A stretch of DNA of 64,000 nt. Origin: Eubacteriales bacterium. Lineage in GTDB: Bacteria > Bacillota > Clostridia > Oscillospirales > CAG-272. The position numbers and the translations under genes were made by a program. Of the stretch, positions 46,797 through 55,524 are shown one piece after another. Each line of letters starts with the position of its first letter. Positions within the stretch are counted from its first letter, which is position 1. The notes beneath the pieces are model-generated. The model had not been told where the DNA came from, made no database searches, and worked only from the letters and a program-made list of their open reading frames with translations. Location of the stretch: positions 6,484 through 70,483 of the forward strand of contig JAZRFK010000066.1 of NCBI GenBank assembly GCA_045661325.1, in the 5' to 3' direction.

Positions 46797-48561
46797 TCCT
46801 TTCGGTAGAGAAGAGATGGGCAGTCTCCTCCTTTTCTGTCAGGGCGCGGAAATATTCCACGTTTTCTCTGGCATACGGGTAATGGGCGCGCTCCTGGCAT
46901 TGCCAGTAGTGCAGGAGCGTTGCGTTGCTCTTGGGGTCGCCAAGTGTGCCTGCTTGCAGGTTTTCAAGGTTTTTCTGCCAAAGCGCATCTCTTTGCTGCT
47001 CCAAGGCGCCGTTCTGATCCACCGAGAAAAGAAAGCCATCGTCATAGGTGTAACAGCCGTTTTCCTCGTCATACAAAAGAAAGTCATAGCGGTTGAAGGC
47101 GGTGTGATGCTGCTTGCCGAAGGCGTCGCGATAGGAAAGGGGGCGCGGCTCGTCGGCATAGGCAAGGAAAAACTCAAACAGGATTCTGTCGAGGTCTGCA
47201 TAAGCGGCCTGCTTCATCTTGCGCTTGGAGTCCAAGCGGCCTGCCGCCTGCTCCACCTGAATGCGCTTGGCGTAGCCCGACTGCGCGCTGGCATCGTTCA
47301 TGCCTAAATAGGAATCGGTGATACCGAGAATCCGCTTGGCGTGCTGGTATAAGCGCTCCGATTGCTCAACGTCCTGGGCGATGATGGGGGTGGTGTCCAA
47401 AACGCCGTAGCGCTCGCGCTCGTCTCCCGAGCGAAGCTTGATGACCTGACCGAAAATGGAGTTGTCAAGGGTCAGCTCCGCATCATCGGGCAGAATAGGG
47501 GTTATGCCTGAACGCATCAGCTTTTGCAGAATACGGCTCTCAATTTTGTTGATTTGCTGCTGCTGGGGGCGAATAAAGGCGCAGTCCGATTGACCCAAAA
47601 GAGATTTTTCCTCCGAGGTGTTTTTCCGAATAACGATGGGAAAGCACCGCGGTCTGTAATAAGGCAGACGGGTGGGGCGCAGGGTCTTCTGACATATGCC
47701 GTTTTCAATTTCGGGCGACAGAGCGGGGATAACCCTTCCATCGTCAAGCACAATATCCTCGGACAAAACCTCCTCCTCGTCAGAGCCTAAATAGAATGAA
47801 GGTTTTTCGCAGGTGCAAAGCGCACGCTTTTTATGGCAGCACCGGCATTTTTCCGTTTTTCTCGCATAATAATCCTCAAGGTCGGAAAGAACCACGTCGC
47901 CGCAGTAAATAAACTGCGAAACGTGGCCGTCATCGTTGCGCCAGAAGCAGACTATCATTTCAAGAACGTCGTCCTCGTCATCGCCCTCGCCAAGCGCGGC
48001 GGCCTCCTCATCCTTCAAGGAAAAGCGACGAATTATCGCGTTTTTCGTGGTGTCAAAGCGCAAAAAGCAGTATTCCATATCCGCAACGTCGTAAACCTCG
48101 GCCTCGGGAATAAAATCCATAGGCGAAAGACAGCTGATACGAACGCCGCCCACAATGCCTCTGTAAAGGAGCGAGTCATCCCATTCCACAAGCCAGACGC
48201 TTCCGCCGTAAATATAGGTATAGCGCTCGTCAAGATCATTCAGTCTTTCAAAGGGCAGCTCATTGCGAAGCTGGGTGCAAAGACGCTCAATGGCCTTGGC
48301 GTTTCGGTCATTCTGCTCGGTGTAGTGCTTGGCCTCGGCACAGGGCGCGGGGATTTGCGTGGAAACCTGGGATTCAATCAGCTCGTAGGTGATATTTCGC
48401 ACGACGGACGCCGCCTCGGCAGAGCCGTCTATCTCTCTTGCGCCCTTGTACTGCGCTAAATGCCGTTCAAGGTGCAAAAGCAGGGCGGCTTGCTTGTCGC
48501 GATTTTTTTGATACAGACTCTTGAAAAAGGAGAGTCTGTTGTCAACGTGGGAAAGATTCAT
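46765..48561 (-). CDS. Portal protein
   Basis: 598 aa immediately after terL (ATGA overlap). Segments 'NITYELIESQVSTQIP' and 'SGYAKRIQVEQAAGRLDSKR' are portal-like. The track ORF to 48813 is over-extended. Confidence 0.75.
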   Translation of the reverse strand: MNLSHVDNRLSFFKSLYQKNRDKQAALLLHLERHLAQYKGAREIDGSAEAASVVRNITYELIESQVSTQIPAPCAEAKHYTEQNDRNAKAIERLCTQLRNELPFERLNDLDERYTYIYGGSVWLVEWDDSLLYRGIVGGVRISCLSPMDFIPEAEVYDVADMEYCFLRFDTTKNAIIRRFSLKDEEAAALGEGDDEDDVLEMIVCFWRNDDGHVSQFIYCGDVVLSDLEDYYARKTEKCRCCHKKRALCTCEKPSFYLGSDEEEVLSEDIVLDDGRVIPALSPEIENGICQKTLRPTRLPYYRPRCFPIVIRKNTSEEKSLLGQSDCAFIRPQQQQINKIESRILQKLMRSGITPILPDDAELTLDNSIFGQVIKLRSGDERERYGVLDTTPIIAQDVEQSERLYQHAKRILGITDSYLGMNDASAQSGYAKRIQVEQAAGRLDSKRKMKQAAYADLDRILFEFFLAYADEPRPLSYRDAFGKQHHTAFNRYDFLLYDEENGCYTYDDGFLFSVDQNGALEQQRDALWQKNLENLQAGTLGDPKSNATLLHYWQCQERAHYPYARENVEYFRALTEKEETAHLFSTERSEKTDTYGNA

Positions 48562-49928
48562 AATGGTTCTCCGTATTTTTCTTTTAAATATCGCTTTTGC
48601 TCGTCGGAGGCGTGGCGGTAATCCTCCCACAAGTCGCTGTTCCACGCGCGCCGCCTTGCCGCTTTTTCTTCCTTGGCGGCGTGTGTAAAGGTGATGGCAA
48701 AGCCGCGCAAGGCATCGGGCGCGTGGGTAATGGCGTGGGGCTCGGTTAAGATGTCGCTTGGCGCGTTTGGATCGATTTGAAGCATCGGTAAGCATCGGCA
48801 AATCTCGCGACACTGTCTGAAAATACGCAGGCGCGGCGTTCCGTCTTCACGAATTTTAAGCAATTCTTTCAAGGCAAGCCAACCGGTCTCGCGGTTGTTG
48901 CCGGAACGGGTGAAGGAAACGCCGTGCTCGGCGAAGAGAATAGCCTTGCTCTTTCCCGTTTCTTGCGAACGGCTCCATAAATCAGGGGGTGCCAAGGTGG
49001 CGTAAATTTTGTCCTCTCCGTTCCGCTTTCGTATGGCGGCGGCCGCCTCCGAGATAATCAGATTTGACTCGCAAAGCTCTTTGTAAACGTACACGTCCTC
49101 GTTTGGTGCAATAGCCACCCATAAGCAAGCCAGTCGGTCAAGTCCGTAGTCAAGTGTGCGGTAGCGGCGCCAATCGGGCGGAATGGGAAAGGGGTCAACC
49201 ACGTGCAGTGCCTCGGAAAATTCGGGGAAATACTGTCCCTCAAAAATGTTCCAGTCACCGTACAGCAGGGCTTTCCGTTGGGCCTCGGGAAGCTCAAGCA
49301 GGCGCTTTTTATAATCGGGGTCGCCCTCTGTCAAGAAGAGGTTATCGTCGATATAGGAGGGGAGAAAAATGCGGGTGTTCTTTCCCTCTGAAAAAAGCGT
49401 GTTGGGAGGAGAAGGGTCGATAAACCGTTCCTTAACCCAGGCGTGCCCAATACCGCCGGGGTTGGTGGAGGATTTTACCTGCTTCGGATATCCGTTGGCC
49501 CCACGCAAACGGGAAATCAGATACAGGTATTGGAACTCGGTAAAGTGGGTCAGCTCGTCAAAGCGAATAACGTCATATTCAGCAGATTGATACTGAAAAA
49601 CATCGTTTTCCACGGCGCAGTAACCAAAATCAATCACGCTGCCGTTCTTAAACTTCCCCGTGTGATTGGAGGAATTGTAACGGTAGATTTCATTTGGATA
49701 GAGCCCCAAGGAAACGCGGATGAGCGATTTTTCCAGCTCCGCGTAGGTGCGCCGCAGAATCAGCTGCTTGGATGCGGGATAACGCAGGGCGTACACCAAA
49801 GCGTCCACCAGCTGCCCGTAGGATTTTCCACCGCCTGCCGCCCCGCCAAACAGAACCTCTGTGGCAGAGGAGGTAAGAAAATCGTATTGTCGCCTTGTGA
49901 CCGATAAAGAAAGCTCGGAGGTTTTCAT
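48558..49928 (-). CDS. terL: Terminase large subunit
   Basis: Walker A 'FGGAAGGGKSYG', Walker B-like 'YDVIRFDELT', C-terminal nuclease-size domain; 456 aa. ATGA overlap with terS. Confidence 0.85.
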   Translation of the reverse strand: MKTSELSLSVTRRQYDFLTSSATEVLFGGAAGGGKSYGQLVDALVYALRYPASKQLILRRTYAELEKSLIRVSLGLYPNEIYRYNSSNHTGKFKNGSVIDFGYCAVENDVFQYQSAEYDVIRFDELTHFTEFQYLYLISRLRGANGYPKQVKSSTNPGGIGHAWVKERFIDPSPPNTLFSEGKNTRIFLPSYIDDNLFLTEGDPDYKKRLLELPEAQRKALLYGDWNIFEGQYFPEFSEALHVVDPFPIPPDWRRYRTLDYGLDRLACLWVAIAPNEDVYVYKELCESNLIISEAAAAIRKRNGEDKIYATLAPPDLWSRSQETGKSKAILFAEHGVSFTRSGNNRETGWLALKELLKIREDGTPRLRIFRQCREICRCLPMLQIDPNAPSDILTEPHAITHAPDALRGFAITFTHAAKEEKAARRRAWNSDLWEDYRHASDEQKRYLKEKYGEPL

Positions 49929-50302
49929 TTCGTTGGCTCCTTCACCGTCACGGAGAGCGAGAAGGCCTCGCTTCCTCCGTCCTCCTCCTTGTCGGAGTAG
50001 CCGTAACGCGCCGAGAGAAGAAACTTGGCAAAGGAGGAATCCAAGCGGCGACAAAGCGCGCCGTCCGTGATTCTGTCCTTCAATATTTCCTCGCATTCCT
50101 CGTAGGCCTCCCGAAAGGGCGCGCTCTCCTCTCGCATCGCCGAAAGCGCCTTGACCGAAAGATTTTCTCTGTGGGCAAAGCGAACAAAGGAGGGAAGCAG
50201 CTCCTTATATTCACTGCCCTCGCAGCCCGCCGTTTCAAAATAACGGATCATTTTTTGCGCCAAGACTGCCTCGGCGCTTTGGTGCGCGGCTTCCTTTTCC
50301 AT
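49925..50302 (-). CDS. terS: Terminase small subunit-like protein
   Basis: 125 aa. 'LPSFVRFAHRENLSVKAL' is HTH-like, and 'DSSFAKFLLSARYGY' resembles the TerS C-terminal motif. It is the first gene of the block. Confidence 0.6.
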   Translation of the reverse strand: MEKEAAHQSAEAVLAQKMIRYFETAGCEGSEYKELLPSFVRFAHRENLSVKALSAMREESAPFREAYEECEEILKDRITDGALCRRLDSSFAKFLLSARYGYSDKEEDGGSEAFSLSVTVKEPTK

Positions 50303-50476
50303 AGGTGCGTCTCCCTTCCTTTTTTATTTCGGATTTGCGGGAAGAAGAGGCCGTCTTTCGCTTGGCCGCCTTCTCGGCTTTCTCCTCCCGTATGTATTGT
50401 ATAGCAAGGCGAGCTTTAAAGGGGGATAAGAGTTCGGGGGTTTTTTTGACCTTTTTTGGTTTTTTGGCTTCTCCCC

Positions 50477-50505
50477 TTGCAATATGAAAAAAACTGTGCT
50501 ACAAT
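50477..50505 (+). promoter_or_regulatory. Sigma-A promoter TTGCAA-17-TGcTACAAT for the DUF554 gene
   Basis: TTGCAA at 50477-50482 and TACAAT at 50500-50505, with an extended -10 TG. Confidence 0.55.
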
Positions 50506-50535
50506 AGGAAAAAATCATCAGGAACGGACGAAAAA

Positions 50536-51324
50536 ATGTTTTTGCTTGGCAGTATCGTGAATTTTGCCACCGTCCTTGTCGGCGGCGTTTTGGGTGCGCT
50601 TTTGCACAAGGGAATCCCCGAGCGCATCAGTAAGGCCATCTTGCAGGGCGTTGGGCTTTGCGTTGTGTACCTGGGGCTCTCGGACTTGATTTCCTATGCC
50701 ACGGAGTATTCCAAAACAGAGGGGCTTTCCTCTTATCATATTCTGATTCCCATCTTGTCTATGGCGCTCGGCGTTGCGCTTGGTGAGTGGATAAACATTG
50801 AGCGCCGTATGCAAGCGCTTGGCGACTTCGTGCAGAGAAAGCTGACGCCGAAGCAATCGCCAACGGGCGAAGAAAAAGCCCCACCGCGCTTGGCGGAGGG
50901 GTTCGTGACGGCGTCTGTTATCTTTTGCGTTGGCGCGATGGCCATTATCGGTTCCTTGCGCGATGGGCTTTTTGGCGATTCGCAGGTGTTGGTTGCCAAG
51001 GCCGTGCTTGACGGTATTACGGGCTTCGTTCTGGCGACCTCTCTTGGCATCGGTGTTTCGCTTTCCGCCTTTCCCGTCTTTATTTATCAAGGGCTTTTAA
51101 GCACGGTCGCTTTTCTTATCGGCAAGCTGATTGCGGGTAATATGGGTGCGGCGGCAGACGTCTCTGCGATGCTCTCGGCGCTTCCTGCCATCAATGAGAT
51201 GACCTGCGTTGGCGGCCTGATTATCATCGCTATCGGCCTTAATCTGATGGGCTGCGCCAAGCTTCGCGTGGCCAATATGATTCCTGCATTGGCCTTGCCC
51301 TTCCTTTTCTGCCTTTTTATTTGA
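50536..51324 (+). CDS. DUF554-family membrane protein
   Basis: MFLLGSIVNFATVLVGGVLGALL start, a polytopic 262-aa protein; family recalled from the N-terminal pattern. Confidence 0.7.
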   Translation: MFLLGSIVNFATVLVGGVLGALLHKGIPERISKAILQGVGLCVVYLGLSDLISYATEYSKTEGLSSYHILIPILSMALGVALGEWINIERRMQALGDFVQRKLTPKQSPTGEEKAPPRLAEGFVTASVIFCVGAMAIIGSLRDGLFGDSQVLVAKAVLDGITGFVLATSLGIGVSLSAFPVFIYQGLLSTVAFLIGKLIAGNMGAAADVSAMLSALPAINEMTCVGGLIIIAIGLNLMGCAKLRVANMIPALALPFLFCLFI

Positions 51325-51335
51325 TGGACAAAATA

Positions 51336-51366
51336 AAAAGCCGCGTGTGATACACGCGGCTTTTTT
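51336..51366. terminator. Bidirectional intrinsic terminator
   Basis: AAAAGCCGCGTGT-gat-ACACGCGGCTTTT between convergent DUF554 (+) and pgsA (-). Confidence 0.8.
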
Positions 51367-51381
51367 GCGTTAGAGAAGCGC

Positions 51382-51975
51382 TTATTCGTTTGTGTCGATG
51401 AGAGGGAAAAGGGCAATCGCGTAATCCACGCCCGAAAAGACGGTTGTGACGGTCATCATTCCCATCGCAATGTAGGAAACCAGTCGGTTTTGCAGGAAGG
51501 GGAAAAGCTCGCCTAAAACGGGGTCGATAAAGATCAGAATGAAGCCGATAACCTGCGAAACCGTTTTGAGCTTTCCAAAGAAGGAGGCGGCAACCACCTT
51601 GCCGCTTTTGCCTGCCACAACGAGACGAAGCGAAGTAACGGCAAGCTCGCGGAATATGATAACGGCGGCAACCCACACCAAAGTGGGCGCAATTTTAAGA
51701 TCAGTCACCAAAAGGGCAATCAAGGCGCCGAAAACCATAAACTTGTCGGCCAAGGGATCAATCAGCTTGCCGAAATCCGTTACAAGATTGTGTTTTCTGG
51801 CAATGCGGCCGTCCAAAAAGTCGGTAAAGGAGGCAAGGCAGAAAATCAGAAGGGGAACGATTCTGCCCCAGATAGCAATCTCTTGCATAAACAGAAGGGT
51901 TGCCATAAAGGCGGGCACCATTGCCACGCGAATCAAGGAAAGCACGTTGGGAAGATTCAAGCTTTTGTTTTTCAT
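51382..51975 (-). CDS. pgsA: CDP-diacylglycerol--glycerol-3-phosphate 3-phosphatidyltransferase
   Basis: CDP-alcohol phosphotransferase motif 'DFLDGRIARKHNLVTDFGKLIDPLADK'; 197 aa. Confidence 0.9.
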   Translation of the reverse strand: MKNKSLNLPNVLSLIRVAMVPAFMATLLFMQEIAIWGRIVPLLIFCLASFTDFLDGRIARKHNLVTDFGKLIDPLADKFMVFGALIALLVTDLKIAPTLVWVAAVIIFRELAVTSLRLVVAGKSGKVVAASFFGKLKTVSQVIGFILIFIDPVLGELFPFLQNRLVSYIAMGMMTVTTVFSGVDYAIALFPLIDTNE

Positions 51976-51976
51976 T

Positions 51977-53317
51977 TTAAACCTCTTTTGCTTTTTCTAC
52001 GGCAAAGCCAATCAAATCGTAATCCAAGGCCTCCGTGATTTGAACGAAAACAAACTCGCCCTCTTGCAGCTTCTTCTTGGAGGAAAAATAAATTTTTCCG
52101 TCAACGTCGGGTGCATCTGCCTCAGAGCGACCGAAATATACCTTGGCAACGGCGTCATACCCTTCGCAAAGCACGGATATTACCGAGCCGATTTTTTCCT
52201 CCTGCAAGGCGGCAGAAATATCAAGCTGCAGCTGCATTAAGGCGTCATAGCGTTCCTGCTTGACCTTTTCGTCTATCTGGTTATCCAGCAGTGCCGCCTC
52301 TGTACCCTCCTCGGCCGAATAGGTAAAGGCGCCGAAGCGATCAAAGCGCGTTTGCTTGACGAAGGTGGCAAGGGCCTCAAAATCCTCGTCTGTCTCGCCG
52401 GGGAAGCCCACCATTGCGGTGGTGCGAAGGGTGATACCGGGAACGCCCTCGCGCAAGCGCTTGACTGTGTCGGCAATGAGGGCGGCGTCTCCGTGACGGT
52501 TCATTGCCTTCAAAATGGGGTCAGCGTAATGCTGAATGGGAATGTCCATATATTTAACGAGGCGCGGGTTATCGCGCAGCTCGTCTATCAGCTCATCGGT
52601 AATCTTGTCGGGATAGCAGTACAAAAGGCGGATCCAAGGAATGTTGGTCTCGGCCGAGATAGCGCGCACCAAGCGTACAAGCGCGTATTCTCCATACAAA
52701 TCAAGGCCGTAGCGCGTGGTGTCCTGGGCGATAAGGTTCAATTCCTTCACACCGAGCGCCTCCAAATCCTTGGCCTCGCTTACGATGTCCTCAATGGTGC
52801 GCGAGCGAAAGCCGCCGCGAATGAGGGGAATGGCACAATAGGTGCAGCGGTTGTCGCACCCCTCGGCCACCTTTAAGTAGGCCGTATAGGAGGGGGTCGT
52901 CAAGACGCGCTCACCGCCAAGCTTTGCCGTTTCCTTGTCAAGAAAATAGGAAACACCGCGCTCACCATTTTCCAAGCGCCGAACGGCATCGGCAACCTCC
53001 GAAAGAGAGCCAACGCCAAGCACACCGTCCACCTCGGGTAGCTGGGCCAAAATTTCCTCGCGATAGCGCTCGGCAAGACAACCAACGCACAAAATGGCCT
53101 TCAAGCTGCCTTCCTTTTTTAACTCTGCCATTTCCAGAATGGTGTCGATAGACTCCTGCTTGGCCGTGGCAATAAAGCCGCAGGTGTTGATGATGAGGAT
53201 GTCTGCCTCGGCCTCGTCGGGCGTGATTTCATAGCCCGCATCCACGAGATTATGTAGCATAACCTCGGTGTCCACGAGGTTTTTGGAGCATCCGAGTGAA
53301 ATAAAACCGATTTTCAT
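51977..53317 (-). CDS. rimO: Ribosomal protein S12 methylthiotransferase
   Basis: 'ISLGCSKNLVDTE', radical-SAM 'CDNRCTYCAIP', C-terminal TRAM domain; 446 aa. Confidence 0.9.
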   Translation of the reverse strand: MKIGFISLGCSKNLVDTEVMLHNLVDAGYEITPDEAEADILIINTCGFIATAKQESIDTILEMAELKKEGSLKAILCVGCLAERYREEILAQLPEVDGVLGVGSLSEVADAVRRLENGERGVSYFLDKETAKLGGERVLTTPSYTAYLKVAEGCDNRCTYCAIPLIRGGFRSRTIEDIVSEAKDLEALGVKELNLIAQDTTRYGLDLYGEYALVRLVRAISAETNIPWIRLLYCYPDKITDELIDELRDNPRLVKYMDIPIQHYADPILKAMNRHGDAALIADTVKRLREGVPGITLRTTAMVGFPGETDEDFEALATFVKQTRFDRFGAFTYSAEEGTEAALLDNQIDEKVKQERYDALMQLQLDISAALQEEKIGSVISVLCEGYDAVAKVYFGRSEADAPDVDGKIYFSSKKKLQEGEFVFVQITEALDYDLIGFAVEKAKEV

Positions 53318-53339
53318 AAAAGTTCCTTATCAATATGGA

Positions 53340-53900
53340 TTATTGTAAAAATTTGGCGATTCTCGGCCGAATTTTAAAGGCGTAAAAGCCAATCAGGCGA
53401 GAAAGGGCCAGGTCGTAAAGAACAAACACAAGCATAACGCCGCCGTTCAGCACCCAAAAGAGCCAAGAGGTCGGCATCATCGGGTCGGGCAGCATAAAAA
53501 CGAAGGAGCCGAGCAGGAAGTAAAGCCAGAAGGAGAGCTGACAAAAGGCAAGCTTCAATATCCATTCGGCAATGCGCGGCAGCGTTTCAAACGCCGTTTT
53601 CAAAATGGGGTAAAAGCCGAAGAAGACGGCGTAAAGAAGTGCTGCGGTTTTGGGCGAAACCAAAAGCAAGGACAAAAGCGAGGTGACGGCCCAAAGCAGC
53701 CAAGGGTATGATTTGCGGAATTCCAAATGCGCGAAAAGAACAGGAAGGGAGGCAATGGCGGCCATAGATAAATCCAACACGTTAAAGAGGGCCCCAATCG
53801 CCAATAGCACCACCGAACAGGCGGCAAGCATCGCGCAAACGGTTATTTTTTTCGTTTCTTTCACGGTTCTTTCCTCGTAAACAGGCTTGCGCCCGTGCAA
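53340..53900 (-). CDS. Polytopic membrane protein of unknown function
   Basis: 174-186 aa with about 5 TM helices. The start is uncertain: TTG 53900, or GTG 53864 after GAGGAAAG. Confidence 0.5.
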   Translation of the reverse strand: MHGRKPVYEERTVKETKKITVCAMLAACSVVLLAIGALFNVLDLSMAAIASLPVLFAHLEFRKSYPWLLWAVTSLLSLLLVSPKTAALLYAVFFGFYPILKTAFETLPRIAEWILKLAFCQLSFWLYFLLGSFVFMLPDPMMPTSWLFWVLNGGVMLVFVLYDLALSRLIGFYAFKIRPRIAKFLQ

Positions 53901-53928
53901 ACGGACGCGAATTTAAGGAAAAGGCGGA

Positions 53929-54534
53929 TTAGCAGCAGGGAATCAAGTCACCGCCAAGGCACTCGCAGCAGCAGTCTGCCCAAAGCAGACCGAAGCAAAG
54001 ATCACAGTTGTCGTTCTGGCGGCGGGTGGTGTAGCCCGTCTGCTGATAGTAGCTCTGCCCAAAGCCTGCGTTTCCTTGATTGAACATCTGCTTGGCCTGC
54101 TGGTATTCCTGGTTGCCGGGATCCATCGTGCAGGCGATTTCAAGCTCGCGCGCGGCGTCATTCACAAAGCCCTTTTGCATCAAAACGATGCTTTGCAAAT
54201 AGTGCCAGTCTGCCGTGCGATCCTCGGCGGGAATGGCGGAAAGGGCCGCGGCGGCCTCGCGGAAGCGGCGCGCGCTGACCATTGCGCGAATGTCGGCATA
54301 GGAGTAAGAGCTGCCGTTTGCGCCCTGATGACGCGCGCCTGCGGCTCTTTCTCTCTGGATTTGCTCGTAGGCCTCGTTGATTTCCTTCATCTTCTCGGTG
54401 GCTAAATCAGCCAAGGGGTTGTCGGCCGTATAGTTGTCGGGATGATATTTTCTTGCCAAGGCGCGATAGGCGTTCTTGACCTCGGTATCGGTGGCGTTGG
54501 GAGAGATGCCCAAAACCTTATAGGGATTGCTCAT
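53929..54534 (-). CDS. J-domain protein with TPR-like middle region and a C-terminal cysteine string
   Basis: [34 protein letters not shown] (HPD motif). C-terminus [31 protein letters not shown] 54534; the track ORF to 54597 is over-extended. Confidence 0.8.
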   Translation of the reverse strand: MSNPYKVLGISPNATDTEVKNAYRALARKYHPDNYTADNPLADLATEKMKEINEAYEQIQRERAAGARHQGANGSSYSYADIRAMVSARRFREAAAALSAIPAEDRTADWHYLQSIVLMQKGFVNDAARELEIACTMDPGNQEYQQAKQMFNQGNAGFGQSYYQQTGYTTRRQNDNCDLCFGLLWADCCCECLGGDLIPCC

Positions 54535-55402
54535 AAGAAGCTCCTTCCTTCTTGGTTTCCTCGGGCATAACGAAGCGAATGCGCTCCCGAAGCCCAAGAT
54601 AAACGGTGTTCTTGATAATATGCTCTGCCGCTGTCTTTTGACCGAAGGGCAGCTTTTCTATATTGTCTGCCAGATGCTGTAATTCAAACAGCAGGGCAGA
54701 ATAAATATTTCGGTTGGTGCTTTCTTGATTATATTCGTCACCGTACAGTAAAAGAAAGGGATTGTAATTTTTCTTCTTTTTATCCTTTTCTCTGTCCTCA
54801 GCGGCGTCTGCAATATAAATATAGCGCCCCAGATGAAAGCCGATTTTGTAGTAGGTTTCCTGCCAAGTCTCCGAGACGCCCTCCTTGAAAATGGCGCCGA
54901 GCAGCTCGCCAAAGGCCTGTGCGGGCATATCAACCGAGGCGGCCTTTTCCTTTTCCATCGCATATAGCTCGTTTAAGTGAAGGCGAATTTCCTCGGCAAG
55001 CGCGGGAAGCTTTGCGCGCCGCTTGGCCAAGCGGAAATAGGGAAGCAAGAGAAGGGCAAGACACTTTTTGAAAAAGCCGCCGTCATGAAGGGAATCGCGC
55101 AGCTTCTCGTAGGAAAGAATTGCGTAAACCCTTGCGGCGTAGGAAAGGTCAGGGTCGTTGCATAGGCAGGCGCGCTTGCGAAAGGGGTGGGCGATGCAGG
55201 CCTTCTTTTTGCAGGTTAAGGCGTTGTCCTTTAAAAGCATACGGCAGAGCGCCAAAAAAACGGTGTCATACGACAAAAAGACAGAGGAGAAAATTCCCGT
55301 TTCCTTGCGAAGCGAGCGGCAAACGCCGCAGTAGATTGCGCGATAGAGCTCGTATTCGCGAACGAGAAGCTCGCTTTCCATGGGCTTTACGTATCCGAAC
55401 AA
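54518..55402 (-). CDS. DUF5685-family protein
   Basis: '[31 protein letters not shown]' N-terminus as recalled for DUF5685. TTG start after an AGGGGGG SD. 17-nt overlap with the J-domain gene. Confidence 0.65.
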   Translation of the reverse strand: MFGYVKPMESELLVREYELYRAIYCGVCRSLRKETGIFSSVFLSYDTVFLALCRMLLKDNALTCKKKACIAHPFRKRACLCNDPDLSYAARVYAILSYEKLRDSLHDGGFFKKCLALLLLPYFRLAKRRAKLPALAEEIRLHLNELYAMEKEKAASVDMPAQAFGELLGAIFKEGVSETWQETYYKIGFHLGRYIYIADAAEDREKDKKKKNYNPFLLLYGDEYNQESTNRNIYSALLFELQHLADNIEKLPFGQKTAAEHIIKNTVYLGLRERIRFVMPEETKKEGASYEQSL

Positions 55403-55437
55403 GCAAGTCCCCCCCTTTCTTTAAAATGACGTGGAAT

Positions 55438-55466
55438 ATTGTAGCACGAAAGTGTGAAGAAATCAA
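55438..55466 (-). promoter_or_regulatory. Sigma-A promoter TTGATT-17-TGcTACAAT (minus strand) for the DUF5685/J-domain/rimO/pgsA operon
   Basis: Reverse complement reads cTTGATTtcttcacactttcgtgcTACAATattcc. Confidence 0.55.
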
Positions 55467-55524
55467 GCAAAGAGAGATTTCTTGCCCTTCGGCCAAGTGT
55501 GCGCGGATAAAACGGCAAAAGAGG

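Larger units (their letters stand above)
35392..50302 (-). mobile_element. Phage-derived structural gene block (packaging, head and short-tail/fibre genes only); defective prophage or domesticated GTA-like locus
   Basis: About 18 co-oriented, tightly packed or overlapping ORFs running terS, terL, portal, scaffold, capsid, large LRR protein, fibres, XkdX-like, membrane proteins. I recognised no integrase, repressor, replication, tape-measure, tube/sheath, protease or endolysin genes. Housekeeping genes flank both sides. Confidence 0.65.

Noticed and set aside
35324-50535. Searched the two edges of the phage-like block for att-type direct repeats, an integrase or a tRNA target.
   Set aside because: By eye I found no shared 10-mer or longer between 35324-35400 and 50303-50535, no tRNA-like sequence, and no recombinase-like ORF. 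The element is therefore not called an integrated, mobilisable prophage. A computational repeat search would be needed to be certain.
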